From Spirulina sp. (lineage in GTDB: Bacteria; Cyanobacteriota; Cyanobacteriia; Phormidesmidales; Phormidesmidaceae): a stretch of DNA of 64,000 nt. This document shows positions 11,834 through 21,084 of the stretch, one piece after another. The position numbers and the translations under genes are program-made. The notes beneath the pieces are model-generated. The model saw only the letters and a program-made list of their open reading frames with translations. It was not told the origin of the DNA and ran no database searches. Numbering within the stretch: the stretch's first letter is position 1; every line of letters begins with the position of its first letter. The DNA lies in assembly GCA_044070495.1 (NCBI GenBank), contig JBIPSI010000012.1, positions 1 through 64,000 of the forward strand, read 5' to 3'.

Positions 11834-12589
11834 ATGCCAAAAGTGATTGCAATCCACTCCTATCGGGGCGGCACTGGCAAGTCTAATGTGACGGCCAATC
11901 TCGCAACCACCGTGGCCCAACAGGGGTATCGAGTGGGAGTGGTCGATACCGATCTGCCGTCGCCCGGTATTCATAATATCTTTGGCCTAGAGCCAGATCA
12001 GATCACTAAAACGCTCAACAGCTACCTGTGGGGCGAGGCCGAACTGGCGGATGCCGCCTACAGAGTGAGTCCCAATTTGGGGCTAACCCAGGATGGAGAC
12101 CTGTTTTTAGTGCCATCGAGCTGCAACGCCGACGATATTGCCCGTATTCTCAAAGATGGCTACGATGTGCGGCTGCTCAACGATGGTTTTCGGCAGTTCG
12201 TGAAAACGCTAGCGCTCGATTACTTGTTCATCGATACCCACCCAGGGCTATCGAAGGAAACCTTTCTAACGCTTGCCATTGCCCACCGCCTGCTGCTGAT
12301 TGTGCGGCCCGACAAACAGGACTACCAGGGCACCGCCGTGACCCTTGATGTCGCCCGACAGCTTAACGTACGTCATATGCAAATTGTGATTAACAAAGCC
12401 CTTTCCAGTATGGAACCTGGGGTTTTGCGGCAAAAGGTCGAGGAAACCTATGGGGTGCCCGTGGCGGGGCTGTTTCCCCTCTCCGAGGATGTGGTCAAAC
12501 TGGCCAGCGAAGGGGTGTTTTGCCTGCGCTACCCAGAGCATCCGGTGACCCAGGAGTTTCAGGCGGTGGCCCGCCGGATTATGGAGTAG
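11834..12589 (+). CDS. MinD/ParA-family ATPase
   Basis: Deviant Walker A SYRGGTGKS, VVDTDLPSPG, IDTHPG. Confidence 0.9.
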   Translation: MPKVIAIHSYRGGTGKSNVTANLATTVAQQGYRVGVVDTDLPSPGIHNIFGLEPDQITKTLNSYLWGEAELADAAYRVSPNLGLTQDGDLFLVPSSCNADDIARILKDGYDVRLLNDGFRQFVKTLALDYLFIDTHPGLSKETFLTLAIAHRLLLIVRPDKQDYQGTAVTLDVARQLNVRHMQIVINKALSSMEPGVLRQKVEETYGVPVAGLFPLSEDVVKLASEGVFCLRYPEHPVTQEFQAVARRIME

Positions 12590-12595
12590 ACCACG

Positions 12596-13627
12596 ATGGC
12601 CAATACTGGTGACCTTAAAGCCCTTGCGGATTCGATCACGGCGGTAACGTCGCCCTTTCGCAACTACCTGAGCGATCTACACCAGAGGTATCTGCCGTTA
12701 ACCGATGGCACCGTGGCCGACTACATTCCAGAACTGGCGTTGGCCGACCCCAGTTGGTTTGGCATTGCCGTTGCCACCGTGGATGGACAGGTGTTTGAGG
12801 TGGGCAACTGTGACCAGTCCTTTACGATTCAGTCCATCTCTAAGGCGTTTGTCTACGGGTTGGCCCTGGAGGATCACGGGCGCGACTACGTGAATAGCAA
12901 AGTTGGGGTCGAGCCAACGGGGGAAGCCTTCAACGCCATTGTGCTGGATGAGGCCACCAATCGCCCCTACAACCCGATGGTCAATGCCGGGGCCATCGCC
13001 ACCGCCGATCTGATCAAAGGCAAAGATGGCACCGAGCGTCTCAAGCGGGTACTCGAGATGTTTCGCCGCTACACGGGCCGCCCCCACGACATCGACGTGC
13101 CAGTCTTTTTGTCGGAAAAATCCACGGGCAATCGCAACCGGGCAATGGCCTACCTAATGCTCAACTTCGGCATGGTCAGTGATCGCATTGACGAAACCCT
13201 CGACCTCTACTTTCAGCAATGTTCGATTTTGGTGACCGCCCGCGATCTCAGTCTGATGGCGGCAACCCTGGCCAACGGCGGCGTCAATCCGGTGACGGGA
13301 GATCGCGCCCTTGAACAACGCTACGTACAGGATGTGGTTAGCGTGATGCTCACCTGCGGTATGTACGACTCGTCGGGCGACTGGGCCTACCGGGTTGGGA
13401 TGCCTGCCAAAAGTGGCGTCGGCGGGGGCATTACCGCCGTTTCCCCTGGCAAATTGGGCATCGGTACCTTTTCGCCTCCCCTCGATGCCAAGGGCAATAG
13501 CGTGCGCGGCATTCAAGTTTGTCAGACCCTTTCCCAGGAGTTTGGGTTGCATCCCTTTAATGTGGCCGCCCCGCAACACGATCTAGCGACCTGGATCAAA
13601 GGCGGTGACGGTACCGATAATTGGTAG
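12596..13627 (+). CDS. glsA: Glutaminase A
   Basis: [17 protein letters not shown] (catalytic SxxK), [18 protein letters not shown]. Confidence 0.93.
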   Translation: MANTGDLKALADSITAVTSPFRNYLSDLHQRYLPLTDGTVADYIPELALADPSWFGIAVATVDGQVFEVGNCDQSFTIQSISKAFVYGLALEDHGRDYVNSKVGVEPTGEAFNAIVLDEATNRPYNPMVNAGAIATADLIKGKDGTERLKRVLEMFRRYTGRPHDIDVPVFLSEKSTGNRNRAMAYLMLNFGMVSDRIDETLDLYFQQCSILVTARDLSLMAATLANGGVNPVTGDRALEQRYVQDVVSVMLTCGMYDSSGDWAYRVGMPAKSGVGGGITAVSPGKLGIGTFSPPLDAKGNSVRGIQVCQTLSQEFGLHPFNVAAPQHDLATWIKGGDGTDNW

Positions 13628-13703
13628 ACCAGGACGCCTGCTCTCTCAGGCTGCTCTAAGGCAGGGCCGCTACCTTGAGAACTGTAGGGTCATTGTTTGT
13701 GCT

Positions 13704-14846
13704 ATGAAAGCCTTAGCCAACAAGCTAAAAACGACGCTCCGGTTGTTTCAATCGCCCCTGTCGCAGCGCATTATTGCCGGGGTGTTTGTCAGCCTAGTGG
13801 TGATTGAGGCGATCTTGTTAGTGCCATCGGTGCAGCGTCGTCGGGGTGAACTGCTCGACCAAATCGAAGAAGTCTCCATCGGCAAGGTGCGTTGGATTGT
13901 CACCACCTACCCCACCGCCGATGGTGCGGAACTGGCGGATCAGCTTCAGCAATTGCAGAGCGATCCAATGCTCCAGGATATTTTGGGGGGCGCGGTGTAC
14001 GATGCCGAGGGCAATCTGGTCGAAACCTTTGGGGAACCACCCCAGTTGACCATGGCCAATGCCCGCCAAGATCGCCGCCAGTTCTTGATCACCACCGCAG
14101 GTCACCGCTACGATATCGCCTGGACAACGATGGGCATTGGTGAAGGGATGCTGCCCGATCTCACCGAGAACCACGGGATTGTGCTGCGCCACGACGCCGA
14201 TGGCACCCAGCGGGCACTGATGTTCTACATCCTCAGAATTGTCGGCCTGGTGTTGCTGATTGCCGCCTTCATTACCCTGGCCATGCTGCTGTTGCTCAGT
14301 CGGCTGTTAATTACCCCCATTCTCACCCTGCGCCAGGATCTCGCCCTAGCGGGGGCAACCGTAGCCGCTGCCGACAAGGCCCCAGCCTTTGCCTCATTGC
14401 GCTATCGGCGGCGGGATGAACTGGGGGAGGTGATCACCACGTTTCATCAAATGTATGGGCAGATTTGTACAGAAATTGGGAATCGCAAGCGGGCCGAAGC
14501 CACCCTGCGCCATCACAACCAGGAAATGCAGCAGTACATTGAACAGGTAGACCAGGTTACCGCCGCCGCCACCGCCGTTGATGCAGGCCGCTTTGTCCCC
14601 GCCAGTCTGGATGCCGTGGCCCAGCGCAACGATGAACTGGGGCAGTTGGCCCGCATGTTTCAGTTGATGGCCGCCAGTATCGAGCAACGCGAAACCCAGT
14701 TGAAGCAACAATTGAAAGAACTGACCATCGAAATTGACCAAGTGAAATTACAAAAGCAGGTGGCCCAAATTACGGAAAGTGACTACTTCCAGGAACTCAA
14801 AGCGGAACTTAAGCATTTGCAAGTAGATGAATTTTGGGAATCTTGA
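13704..14846 (+). CDS. Membrane sensor-like protein with two TM segments, two HAMP domains and a C-terminal coiled coil; no kinase or cyclase domain
   Basis: HAMP motifs RRDELGEVITTFHQM and RNDELGQLARMFQLM; tail ELTIEIDQ...QVAQITESDYFQEL. Confidence 0.8.
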   Translation: MKALANKLKTTLRLFQSPLSQRIIAGVFVSLVVIEAILLVPSVQRRRGELLDQIEEVSIGKVRWIVTTYPTADGAELADQLQQLQSDPMLQDILGGAVYDAEGNLVETFGEPPQLTMANARQDRRQFLITTAGHRYDIAWTTMGIGEGMLPDLTENHGIVLRHDADGTQRALMFYILRIVGLVLLIAAFITLAMLLLLSRLLITPILTLRQDLALAGATVAAADKAPAFASLRYRRRDELGEVITTFHQMYGQICTEIGNRKRAEATLRHHNQEMQQYIEQVDQVTAAATAVDAGRFVPASLDAVAQRNDELGQLARMFQLMAASIEQRETQLKQQLKELTIEIDQVKLQKQVAQITESDYFQELKAELKHLQVDEFWES

Positions 14847-14942
14847 GCGCGGCCCAATCTGCGAGAAATCAAGGTTGTTTGGCATTGTGTTAGACCGCCA
14901 GCCTAACCCCTCTGATGCGGGTTGACTGACCAAACTCGCCAG

Positions 14943-15003
14943 AGGGGCACAAGACCTGCCCCCTACATTATCCCAATCCGGTAGGGGTACGGTTGCTGCG
15001 CTG
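14943..15003. repeat. Back-to-back GTAG-type REP pair; a related copy lies at 61998-62059
   Basis: Both sites share CCCTACATTA(T)CCCAA..CGGTAGGGG flanked by imperfect hairpins. Confidence 0.7.
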
Positions 15004-15202
15004 GGTGCAAAATCTTTTGGCCGTCAACCAACGCTGATAGCATCGATTGCCTAAAGGGAATCGGTTTGGGGATGCCGTGCCCCTTCGGGAGCCGCGATAA
15101 GGGAGTAAATTAGGAATGAGGTGTAGCCCCACTGCGGGTTTCGACGACCTCCAACCGCTGACTTTTGTGTCACTTCTCTACGGTTTAAGACCCCTATTCC
15201 CC

Positions 15203-17824
15203 ATGCTCAACGCCCATCGCATCGCCCAAATCGAACTGTTCCAAGACGACAACAACGGCTACAAATCCTTTGAAATGCCGGGGGCCAAACCCCACTACAA
15301 CCCCGACCGTCCGGGCCAGGTAGAACATATTTTTTTGGATATCAGCTTAGATTTGGACAACAAAATCTGTGCGGGCACCTGCAAACTTCGCATCAATCCA
15401 GTGCGGGATGGGGTGGAAAGTTTAACCCTGGATGCGGTGAATCAACGAATCGAATCTGTCAAAATCGGCAGCGCCAAGCAAGGCTTTGACTACGATGGCG
15501 AACGGTTACACATTCATCTGAAAAAGCCCACGGTGGCGGGGGAAGCCTTTACGCTTACCATTGCCTATCGCCTGGTACAACCGGAGCGCGGCATTTACTT
15601 CGTCGGGCCAGACCAACATTACCCCGACAAGCCCGCCCAGGTGTGGACTCAGGGCGAAGATGAGGATTCCCGCTACTGGTTCCCCTGTTTCGACTATCCG
15701 GGGATGCTGTCTACCTCGGAAATTAAGGTGCGGGTTCCGGCTCAATACCAAGTAGTGTCCAATGGTGAGTTGATTGATACCCAGGAAGAGGAAGATCACA
15801 AGGTCTTCCACTGGCACCAAAAACAAGTCCATCCCACCTATTTGATGGCTTTCGCGGTGGGCGAATTCGACGTGATTCAAGACCAGTGGCAGGATATTCC
15901 GGTTACTTACTACGTGGAAAAGGGCCGCAAAGAACAGGGCCAGATCACCATGGGCAAAACCCCTCGGATGATCGAATTCCTCAGCGAAAAGTACGGCTAC
16001 AAATACGCTTTTCCGAAGTACGCCCAGGTCTGCGCTGCCGACTTTATCTTTGGCGGCATGGAAAATACCTCGGTGACCATCCTCACCGACCGCTGCCTGC
16101 TCGACGAACGCGCCGCCCTGGATAACCGCAATTCCGAGTCCCTGGTCGTCCACGAACTGGCCCACCAGTGGTTTGGCGACCTGCTGGTGATCAACCACTG
16201 GAGCCACGCCTGGGTGAAAGAAGGCATGGCCACCTATTCTGAAGTGATGTGGACGGAGCAGGAGTACGGCGCAGATGAAGCCGCCTACTATCGCCTCGGT
16301 GAAATGCGGAGCTACCTCAACGAAGACAAAACCCGCTACCGTCGCCCCATGGTGACGCACATCTACCGCGAAGCCATCGAACTCTACGACCGCCACATCT
16401 ACGAAAAAGGGTCCTGCGTCTACCACATGATCCACGCCGAGCTGGGGGATACCCTGTTCTGGAAGGCGATTCAGACCTTTGTGAACCGCCACGCCCACAG
16501 CACCGTGGAAACCATCGACCTGCTGCGGGCCATCGACCAAGCCACCGGACGCAACCTGCGGCCCCTGTTCGACCAGTACGTGCTGCGCGGTGGCCACCCC
16601 GACTACAAAGTGGCCTATAGCTGGGACGGCGACAGCAAGCTGGCCAAGCTCACCATCACCCAAACCCAGGCCAAGGATGGCGACACCAGCAGCACCAGCG
16701 GCCTGTTTGACCTGCGGATTCCCATTGGCTTTGGCTTTGTTAGCCAGGGCAAAACGGCCAAGGTCGAGGTCAAACCCTTCACGGTGCGCCTCCACGAACG
16801 GGAGCAGGCCCTCTTCTTCCCGCTGGAGAAAAAGCCCGATTTCATTAGCTTTGATGTGGGCAACCACACCCTCAAAACCGTGGAGCTAGAGTATCCTCTC
16901 CCCGAACTCAAGGCCCAACTGAACTACGACCCCGACCCCCTCTCCCGCATCGAAGCCGCCATCGCCCTGGCCAAAAAGGGCAACCTAGAGGCCGTCACCG
17001 CCCTCGCCACTGCCCTCACCGAGGATCCCTTCTGGGGCGTGCGGGCCGAAGTGGCGGAACAACTCGGCTCCGTCAAGCTCGATCAGGCCGCCGAAGCGCT
17101 GCTCAAGGGTCTCAAAGATCCCGAAGCCCGCGTCCGTCGTGCCGTAGTCCGTGCCCTGGGCGGCATCAAAACCGCTGACAGCTACAAAGCCCTCAAAGCC
17201 ATTGCTGAAAAGGGCGATGCCAGCTACTACGTGGAGGCCACCGCCATCCATGGCCTCGGTGCGGTGGGAGCTGCCGACCTGGAGGGCAAACCCAAGGAGA
17301 AAAAGACCCTCAAACTGCTGGAAAGCATCCTCAAAGAACGCCAGGGCTGGAATGAAACCGTGCGCTCTGGGGCCATCACCGCCCTCAGCCAGTTCAAATC
17401 CTCCGAGGAAGCCCTCGACCTAGTGCTGAAATACACCGAACTCGGCACCCCCCAAGCCCTGCGTCTCTACGCCATCCGCGCCCTCGGCCCCATCTCCAAG
17501 GGCCAAACCAAACCCACCGTCGAACGCATCCTCGACCGCCTAGAACCCATCGCCAGCGAAACCTTTTTCCTCACCCAGGTTTCCGCCGTGGCCGCCCTAG
17601 AAGGGGTGGAAAGCCCACGCGCCATCCGCATCCTGCAAAACCTGGCAGAACATACCCCCGATGGCCGAGTGCGCCGCCGCGCCCAGGAAGCGGTACAAAA
17701 GGTGCAAAAGGCGATTGGTAAAGACAAAGCCGTGGAACAACTGCGCCAGGAGGTGGATGATCTGAAGAAGGCAAATCAGGAAATGAAGAGTCGGCTGGAG
17801 ACGTTGGAGGCCAAGGCAAAGTAG
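15203..17824 (+). CDS. pepN: M1-family aminopeptidase N with C-terminal HEAT repeats
   Basis: GGMEN exopeptidase motif, HELAHQW-x-WVKEG zinc motif, HEAT repeats (FWGVRAE, ARVRRAV) and a coiled-coil tail. Confidence 0.92.
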   Translation: MLNAHRIAQIELFQDDNNGYKSFEMPGAKPHYNPDRPGQVEHIFLDISLDLDNKICAGTCKLRINPVRDGVESLTLDAVNQRIESVKIGSAKQGFDYDGERLHIHLKKPTVAGEAFTLTIAYRLVQPERGIYFVGPDQHYPDKPAQVWTQGEDEDSRYWFPCFDYPGMLSTSEIKVRVPAQYQVVSNGELIDTQEEEDHKVFHWHQKQVHPTYLMAFAVGEFDVIQDQWQDIPVTYYVEKGRKEQGQITMGKTPRMIEFLSEKYGYKYAFPKYAQVCAADFIFGGMENTSVTILTDRCLLDERAALDNRNSESLVVHELAHQWFGDLLVINHWSHAWVKEGMATYSEVMWTEQEYGADEAAYYRLGEMRSYLNEDKTRYRRPMVTHIYREAIELYDRHIYEKGSCVYHMIHAELGDTLFWKAIQTFVNRHAHSTVETIDLLRAIDQATGRNLRPLFDQYVLRGGHPDYKVAYSWDGDSKLAKLTITQTQAKDGDTSSTSGLFDLRIPIGFGFVSQGKTAKVEVKPFTVRLHEREQALFFPLEKKPDFISFDVGNHTLKTVELEYPLPELKAQLNYDPDPLSRIEAAIALAKKGNLEAVTALATALTEDPFWGVRAEVAEQLGSVKLDQAAEALLKGLKDPEARVRRAVVRALGGIKTADSYKALKAIAEKGDASYYVEATAIHGLGAVGAADLEGKPKEKKTLKLLESILKERQGWNETVRSGAITALSQFKSSEEALDLVLKYTELGTPQALRLYAIRALGPISKGQTKPTVERILDRLEPIASETFFLTQVSAVAALEGVESPRAIRILQNLAEHTPDGRVRRRAQEAVQKVQKAIGKDKAVEQLRQEVDDLKKANQEMKSRLETLEAKAK

Positions 17825-18057
17825 GGAAGAGAGTAGGGGAACCCTGATACAAGTCTTGAAAGCCTCGAAAATACGTTGTTTAAGAGACAAAATTCACAGC
17901 ATGTCGTTGAAGGATGGAAGACTTTATTTAATAAGCTTTCGGGCAACCTATCCCACAAGAAATCAGATGTCTCTAGATATGTGTCAGGAAAGAGGGAGTA
18001 CAACGGAACCAGTGCTTAACAAGAACCAATCGTGGGTTCCACAGTCTTCCCCCAAGC

Positions 18058-18179
18058 GGCCCTTCCGGGTTCAGGGTGATAAGCCCAGCTAATATCTAGG
18101 CACAGCAAGGCTTTCAACGAATGCAGGACAAGCAAAGTGTATCAGCTAGTACAGTTTTAACCACGGATCTGGAAGAGCC
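18058..18179. mobile_element. MITE of 122 bp with ISL3-like ends and a 7-bp target duplication
   Basis: Left end GGCCCTTCCGGGTTC; right end reverse complement GGCTCTTCCAGATCC. CCCAAGC is duplicated at 18051-18057 and 18180-18186. Confidence 0.7.
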
Positions 18180-18294
18180 CCCAAGCTTACGTTGGTTCAA
18201 ATTTTCAATAAGCTAACCCTAGCCTTCCCGTGGCACATAGTATAATACTACTAATGTGTAAGTTATCATGCTCATCATAGGTATTAGCAAAGAT

Positions 18295-18660
18295 ATGGCA
18301 CTTAATGATTTCATCTTTCGATCCAAAAAAAATCAGCCAACATCTGATTCAAGAGTACGAGTCATTACTACACCTTCTTTAATCTCTTCACGGAATCAAT
18401 TTGAGGAAGCAGATCATCTCTTCATGCAGAAACCTGATGGTGTTGTTCAAGTCATAGGGATTAAGGATCCGCAAGCTTCCTCAGTGTCAGAAAGGACTGT
18501 ATCGCAGAGAAACCTTTATTCAGAAGCACTAGCAAAATACATTGTTGAACAAGAGCAGAGGGGCAACAAATTTTTTGTTCAAAAATCAGATGGTTCTATT
18601 AAACGTTTTTCTGTTCAAGGAACTGTCTCAAGTAGTGTCATCAATGCAACAAAAAAATGA
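18295..18660 (+). CDS. AT-rich hypothetical protein
   Basis: Open frame, TATAAT at 18241 upstream, weak internal repeat (FMQKPDG / FVQKSDG). Confidence 0.55.
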   Translation: MALNDFIFRSKKNQPTSDSRVRVITTPSLISSRNQFEEADHLFMQKPDGVVQVIGIKDPQASSVSERTVSQRNLYSEALAKYIVEQEQRGNKFFVQKSDGSIKRFSVQGTVSSSVINATKK

Positions 18661-18835
18661 TGCAATAAAAAATAATCGCCAAGCTTAACTATCTCCTTGT
18701 CTAAAAGTAGAAGCCTGATGCCAATACTTTATGAGTGTTATTATGAACTCAGTCCATAAAAGTGTATTGTCCGTATTGGCTTTTAGGTTGATTTCCTGCG
18801 TTCGTCTCCACATTGGATTGACATGAGTTGAAACA

Positions 18836-19207
18836 ATGACAAAAGACAATACATATACTGGTTCACAGATGCCAGAGGATGATGAGAAGCAAATTGAAGA
18901 AGGTATCGTATTCGTCGAGAAAGACTTAACTCCCCAAGAACGAGATAGCCTAAAAGATTTCCTGTTAAAAAGCAGAGAGAAGACTAGATCTATAATTGCT
19001 ATACGCCTGGTTTGGCTCCTTGGCATAACTGTATTCTCGACAATAGTACTCTCAGCAATTATCATTCTTGTACCTTCTGGTAATGCATCAGAAAGAGAAA
19101 GTAAATATAATTTCTCAAAAGATATATTTTCTATTCTTTTGAGTACTCAAACAGGATTAATAGGTGCGGCTTTAGGATTTTACTTTGGAAGTAAAGAAGA
19201 CGGTTAA
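18836..19207 (+). CDS. AT-rich two-TM membrane protein
   Basis: Two hydrophobic helices; C-terminal TGLIGAALGFYFG. Confidence 0.7.
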   Translation: MTKDNTYTGSQMPEDDEKQIEEGIVFVEKDLTPQERDSLKDFLLKSREKTRSIIAIRLVWLLGITVFSTIVLSAIIILVPSGNASERESKYNFSKDIFSILLSTQTGLIGAALGFYFGSKEDG

Positions 19208-19608
19208 AATGTGCCAATCTTCACTGGAAACGACAAGACTTTTTAAAAATCAAGATGTGATACAGTAGTCGTAGGATGGGTTATTATAGCGCAACCCATG
19301 CAGACTAAGTCTTTGATATATTGCCGTGGAGACTAATGAATCCTGCACAGAATTTTGCCGACTTATAGTTGTTTCTCATAAGAATGAGATAATCTAGACG
19401 CTGAAAGCCTAACTCTAGTATACTTTCCAGCTTCTCAAGCTTAATTGGAATGACTATACTTGATTTCTGAAACACGAAGAGGCAAAGCATTATGTCAAGT
19501 TTTGAGTCAATGGAGACTTTAATTATCTTGCTAATAGCCAATTAATGTGTCTAGCCTTAAATCTAGATGACTAACTACTCTGTTAATGTTTTTAATGAAA
19601 AGCTTGAC

Positions 19609-19824
19609 ATGACTGAACTACTTAAGAAGGCAATTGCCCAACTAAAAACACTGACAGACGAAGAACAAGACGTTATCGCCGCTCGTTTATTGGCTGAAAT
19701 GGAAGACGAGCAACAATGGAAAGCCCAGTTTGAAGCCACAACAGACGATCAATGGGATCGCATGGCTGAGATGGTTCGACAAGAAATTGCGGCTGATGAT
19801 ATTACGCCACTAGCTAAAATATAA
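19609..19824 (+). CDS. Small antitoxin-like protein
   Basis: MTELLKKAIAQL...EQDVIA...EDEQQW...F pattern of small cyanobacterial antitoxin-like proteins. Confidence 0.65.
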   Translation: MTELLKKAIAQLKTLTDEEQDVIAARLLAEMEDEQQWKAQFEATTDDQWDRMAEMVRQEIAADDITPLAKI

Positions 19825-19826
19825 CG

Positions 19827-20066
19827 ATGGAAGATGATTTAAGGCCAGAATACGACTTAAAAAGTCTACGAGTCAGAAAACTAGGCTCTGGCAGAAAAAA
19901 TGCTGCTGGGGCAACTGTGAAATCAGAATCCAACCATGCTGAAATGTTTCCTGTCGCTAAGAAGGAAGCGCGGCCTTTAGAAGAGGTTATGGAGGAAATT
20001 AGCCAAAAAGTCCAAGAGAGAGGCTTAACGCCAGAAATTCTTGGGTCTATTTTGAGCGAGCCATAG
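19827..20066 (+). CDS. BrnA-like antitoxin relic or chimera, copy 1
   Basis: EDDLRPEYDL...RVRKLG N-terminus typical of BrnA-type antitoxins; the C-terminus diverges (RGLTPEIL). Confidence 0.55.
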   Translation: MEDDLRPEYDLKSLRVRKLGSGRKNAAGATVKSESNHAEMFPVAKKEARPLEEVMEEISQKVQERGLTPEILGSILSEP

Positions 20067-20114
20067 GTTTTGAACGTTAAAATAGTTAGATGGTTGTAAC
20101 CCAAGGCCAAGCCG

Positions 20115-20390
20115 ATGACTATTCGCCAGCCCCGTTACAGTAAAGAAGAGTTTGCCCAACGTGGCAACGAGTTGTACGAAACTGAAATACGCGCCAAGGT
20201 TGAGGAATGTAACATCGGTAGGATTGTTGCCATCGACATTGAAACAGGATCCTTTGAAGTTGCCGATACCCCAATTTTGGCAACAGATAAGCTTTATGAA
20301 CAACATCCCGATGCTCAACCCTGGGTGATTCGCATTGGGCATCCAGTCGTCTATCGCTTTGGCTCCCGAAGCTTGAAGAAACCCCGATGA
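20115..20390 (+). CDS. Small conserved protein preceding the aspartic protease (DUF5678-like)
   Basis: YSKEEFAQRG..YE..IR...GRIVAIDIETG...IRIG; overlaps the protease start (ATGA). Confidence 0.75.
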   Translation: MTIRQPRYSKEEFAQRGNELYETEIRAKVEECNIGRIVAIDIETGSFEVADTPILATDKLYEQHPDAQPWVIRIGHPVVYRFGSRSLKKPR

Positions 20391-20758
20391 TGCAAGGCTT
20401 CGTTAATCAAAACTGTGAAGCCATCCTTCGCGTTGCAGTTGGCCAAGCCAATGGGCCAAAGCAGATGGTTGAAGCTGTTATTGATACAGGCTTTACAGGT
20501 TTTCTATCGCTTCCGTCATCTGTCATTACTTCCCTCGGTCTGCCCTGGCACTTTCGCGACATGGGCACGTTGGGTGACGGCAGTGAGGTTATTTTTGATA
20601 TGTACAAAGCAACCATAATCTGGGACGGGAAAAATCAAGTTATTGATGTAGCCGCTTCAGAGGCAGATCCGCTTGTTGGAATGAGCTTGCTTTACGGCTT
20701 TAACCTTCAGATGGAAGTCATTGAGAGAGGACTTGTAACAATTGAGTCACTGAAATAA
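20387..20758 (+). CDS. Clan AA (retropepsin-like) aspartic protease
   Basis: AVIDTGFTG catalytic motif, LGDGS, PLVGMSLL. Confidence 0.88.
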   Translation: MMQGFVNQNCEAILRVAVGQANGPKQMVEAVIDTGFTGFLSLPSSVITSLGLPWHFRDMGTLGDGSEVIFDMYKATIIWDGKNQVIDVAASEADPLVGMSLLYGFNLQMEVIERGLVTIESLK

Positions 20759-20926
20759 ATGGAAGACGATCTAAAGCCAGAATACAACTTAAAAAGTCTA
20801 CGAGTTAGAAAACAAGGCTCTGGCAGAAAAGATTTCGCTGGGGTAATTGTAAAGTTAGAATCTGACTTTGCCGAGGTGCTTCCTGTCACGGATAAGGAAG
20901 TTCGGTCTGTAGAAGAGATGCGCTGA
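20759..20926 (+). pseudogene. Second, shorter BrnA-like copy (55 aa; not in the ORF track)
   Basis: MEDDLKPEYNLKSLRVRKQGSGRKDFAG...; clear nucleotide paralog of 19827-19990. Confidence 0.7.
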
Positions 20927-21084
20927 AAAGCCCAGGGGCGAGGCTGAGCGCTTGGAGTAGCCTTGGGCTGGGTTGCGGCCTGCTAGGGCGGGGTTACGTT
21001 ACAGTGGATCAGGCTTGGGCTATCTACGAGGATGGTCTGGGTGGCCGATGTTGAATGTTGGATTGCCAAGGGTTTTGATGCGCC

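Noticed and set aside
15506..16867. 453-aa antisense ORF and similar long shadow ORFs
   Set aside because: They mirror strongly codon-biased genes (pepN, pyrB, the Rieske gene and others) and show no independent motifs.
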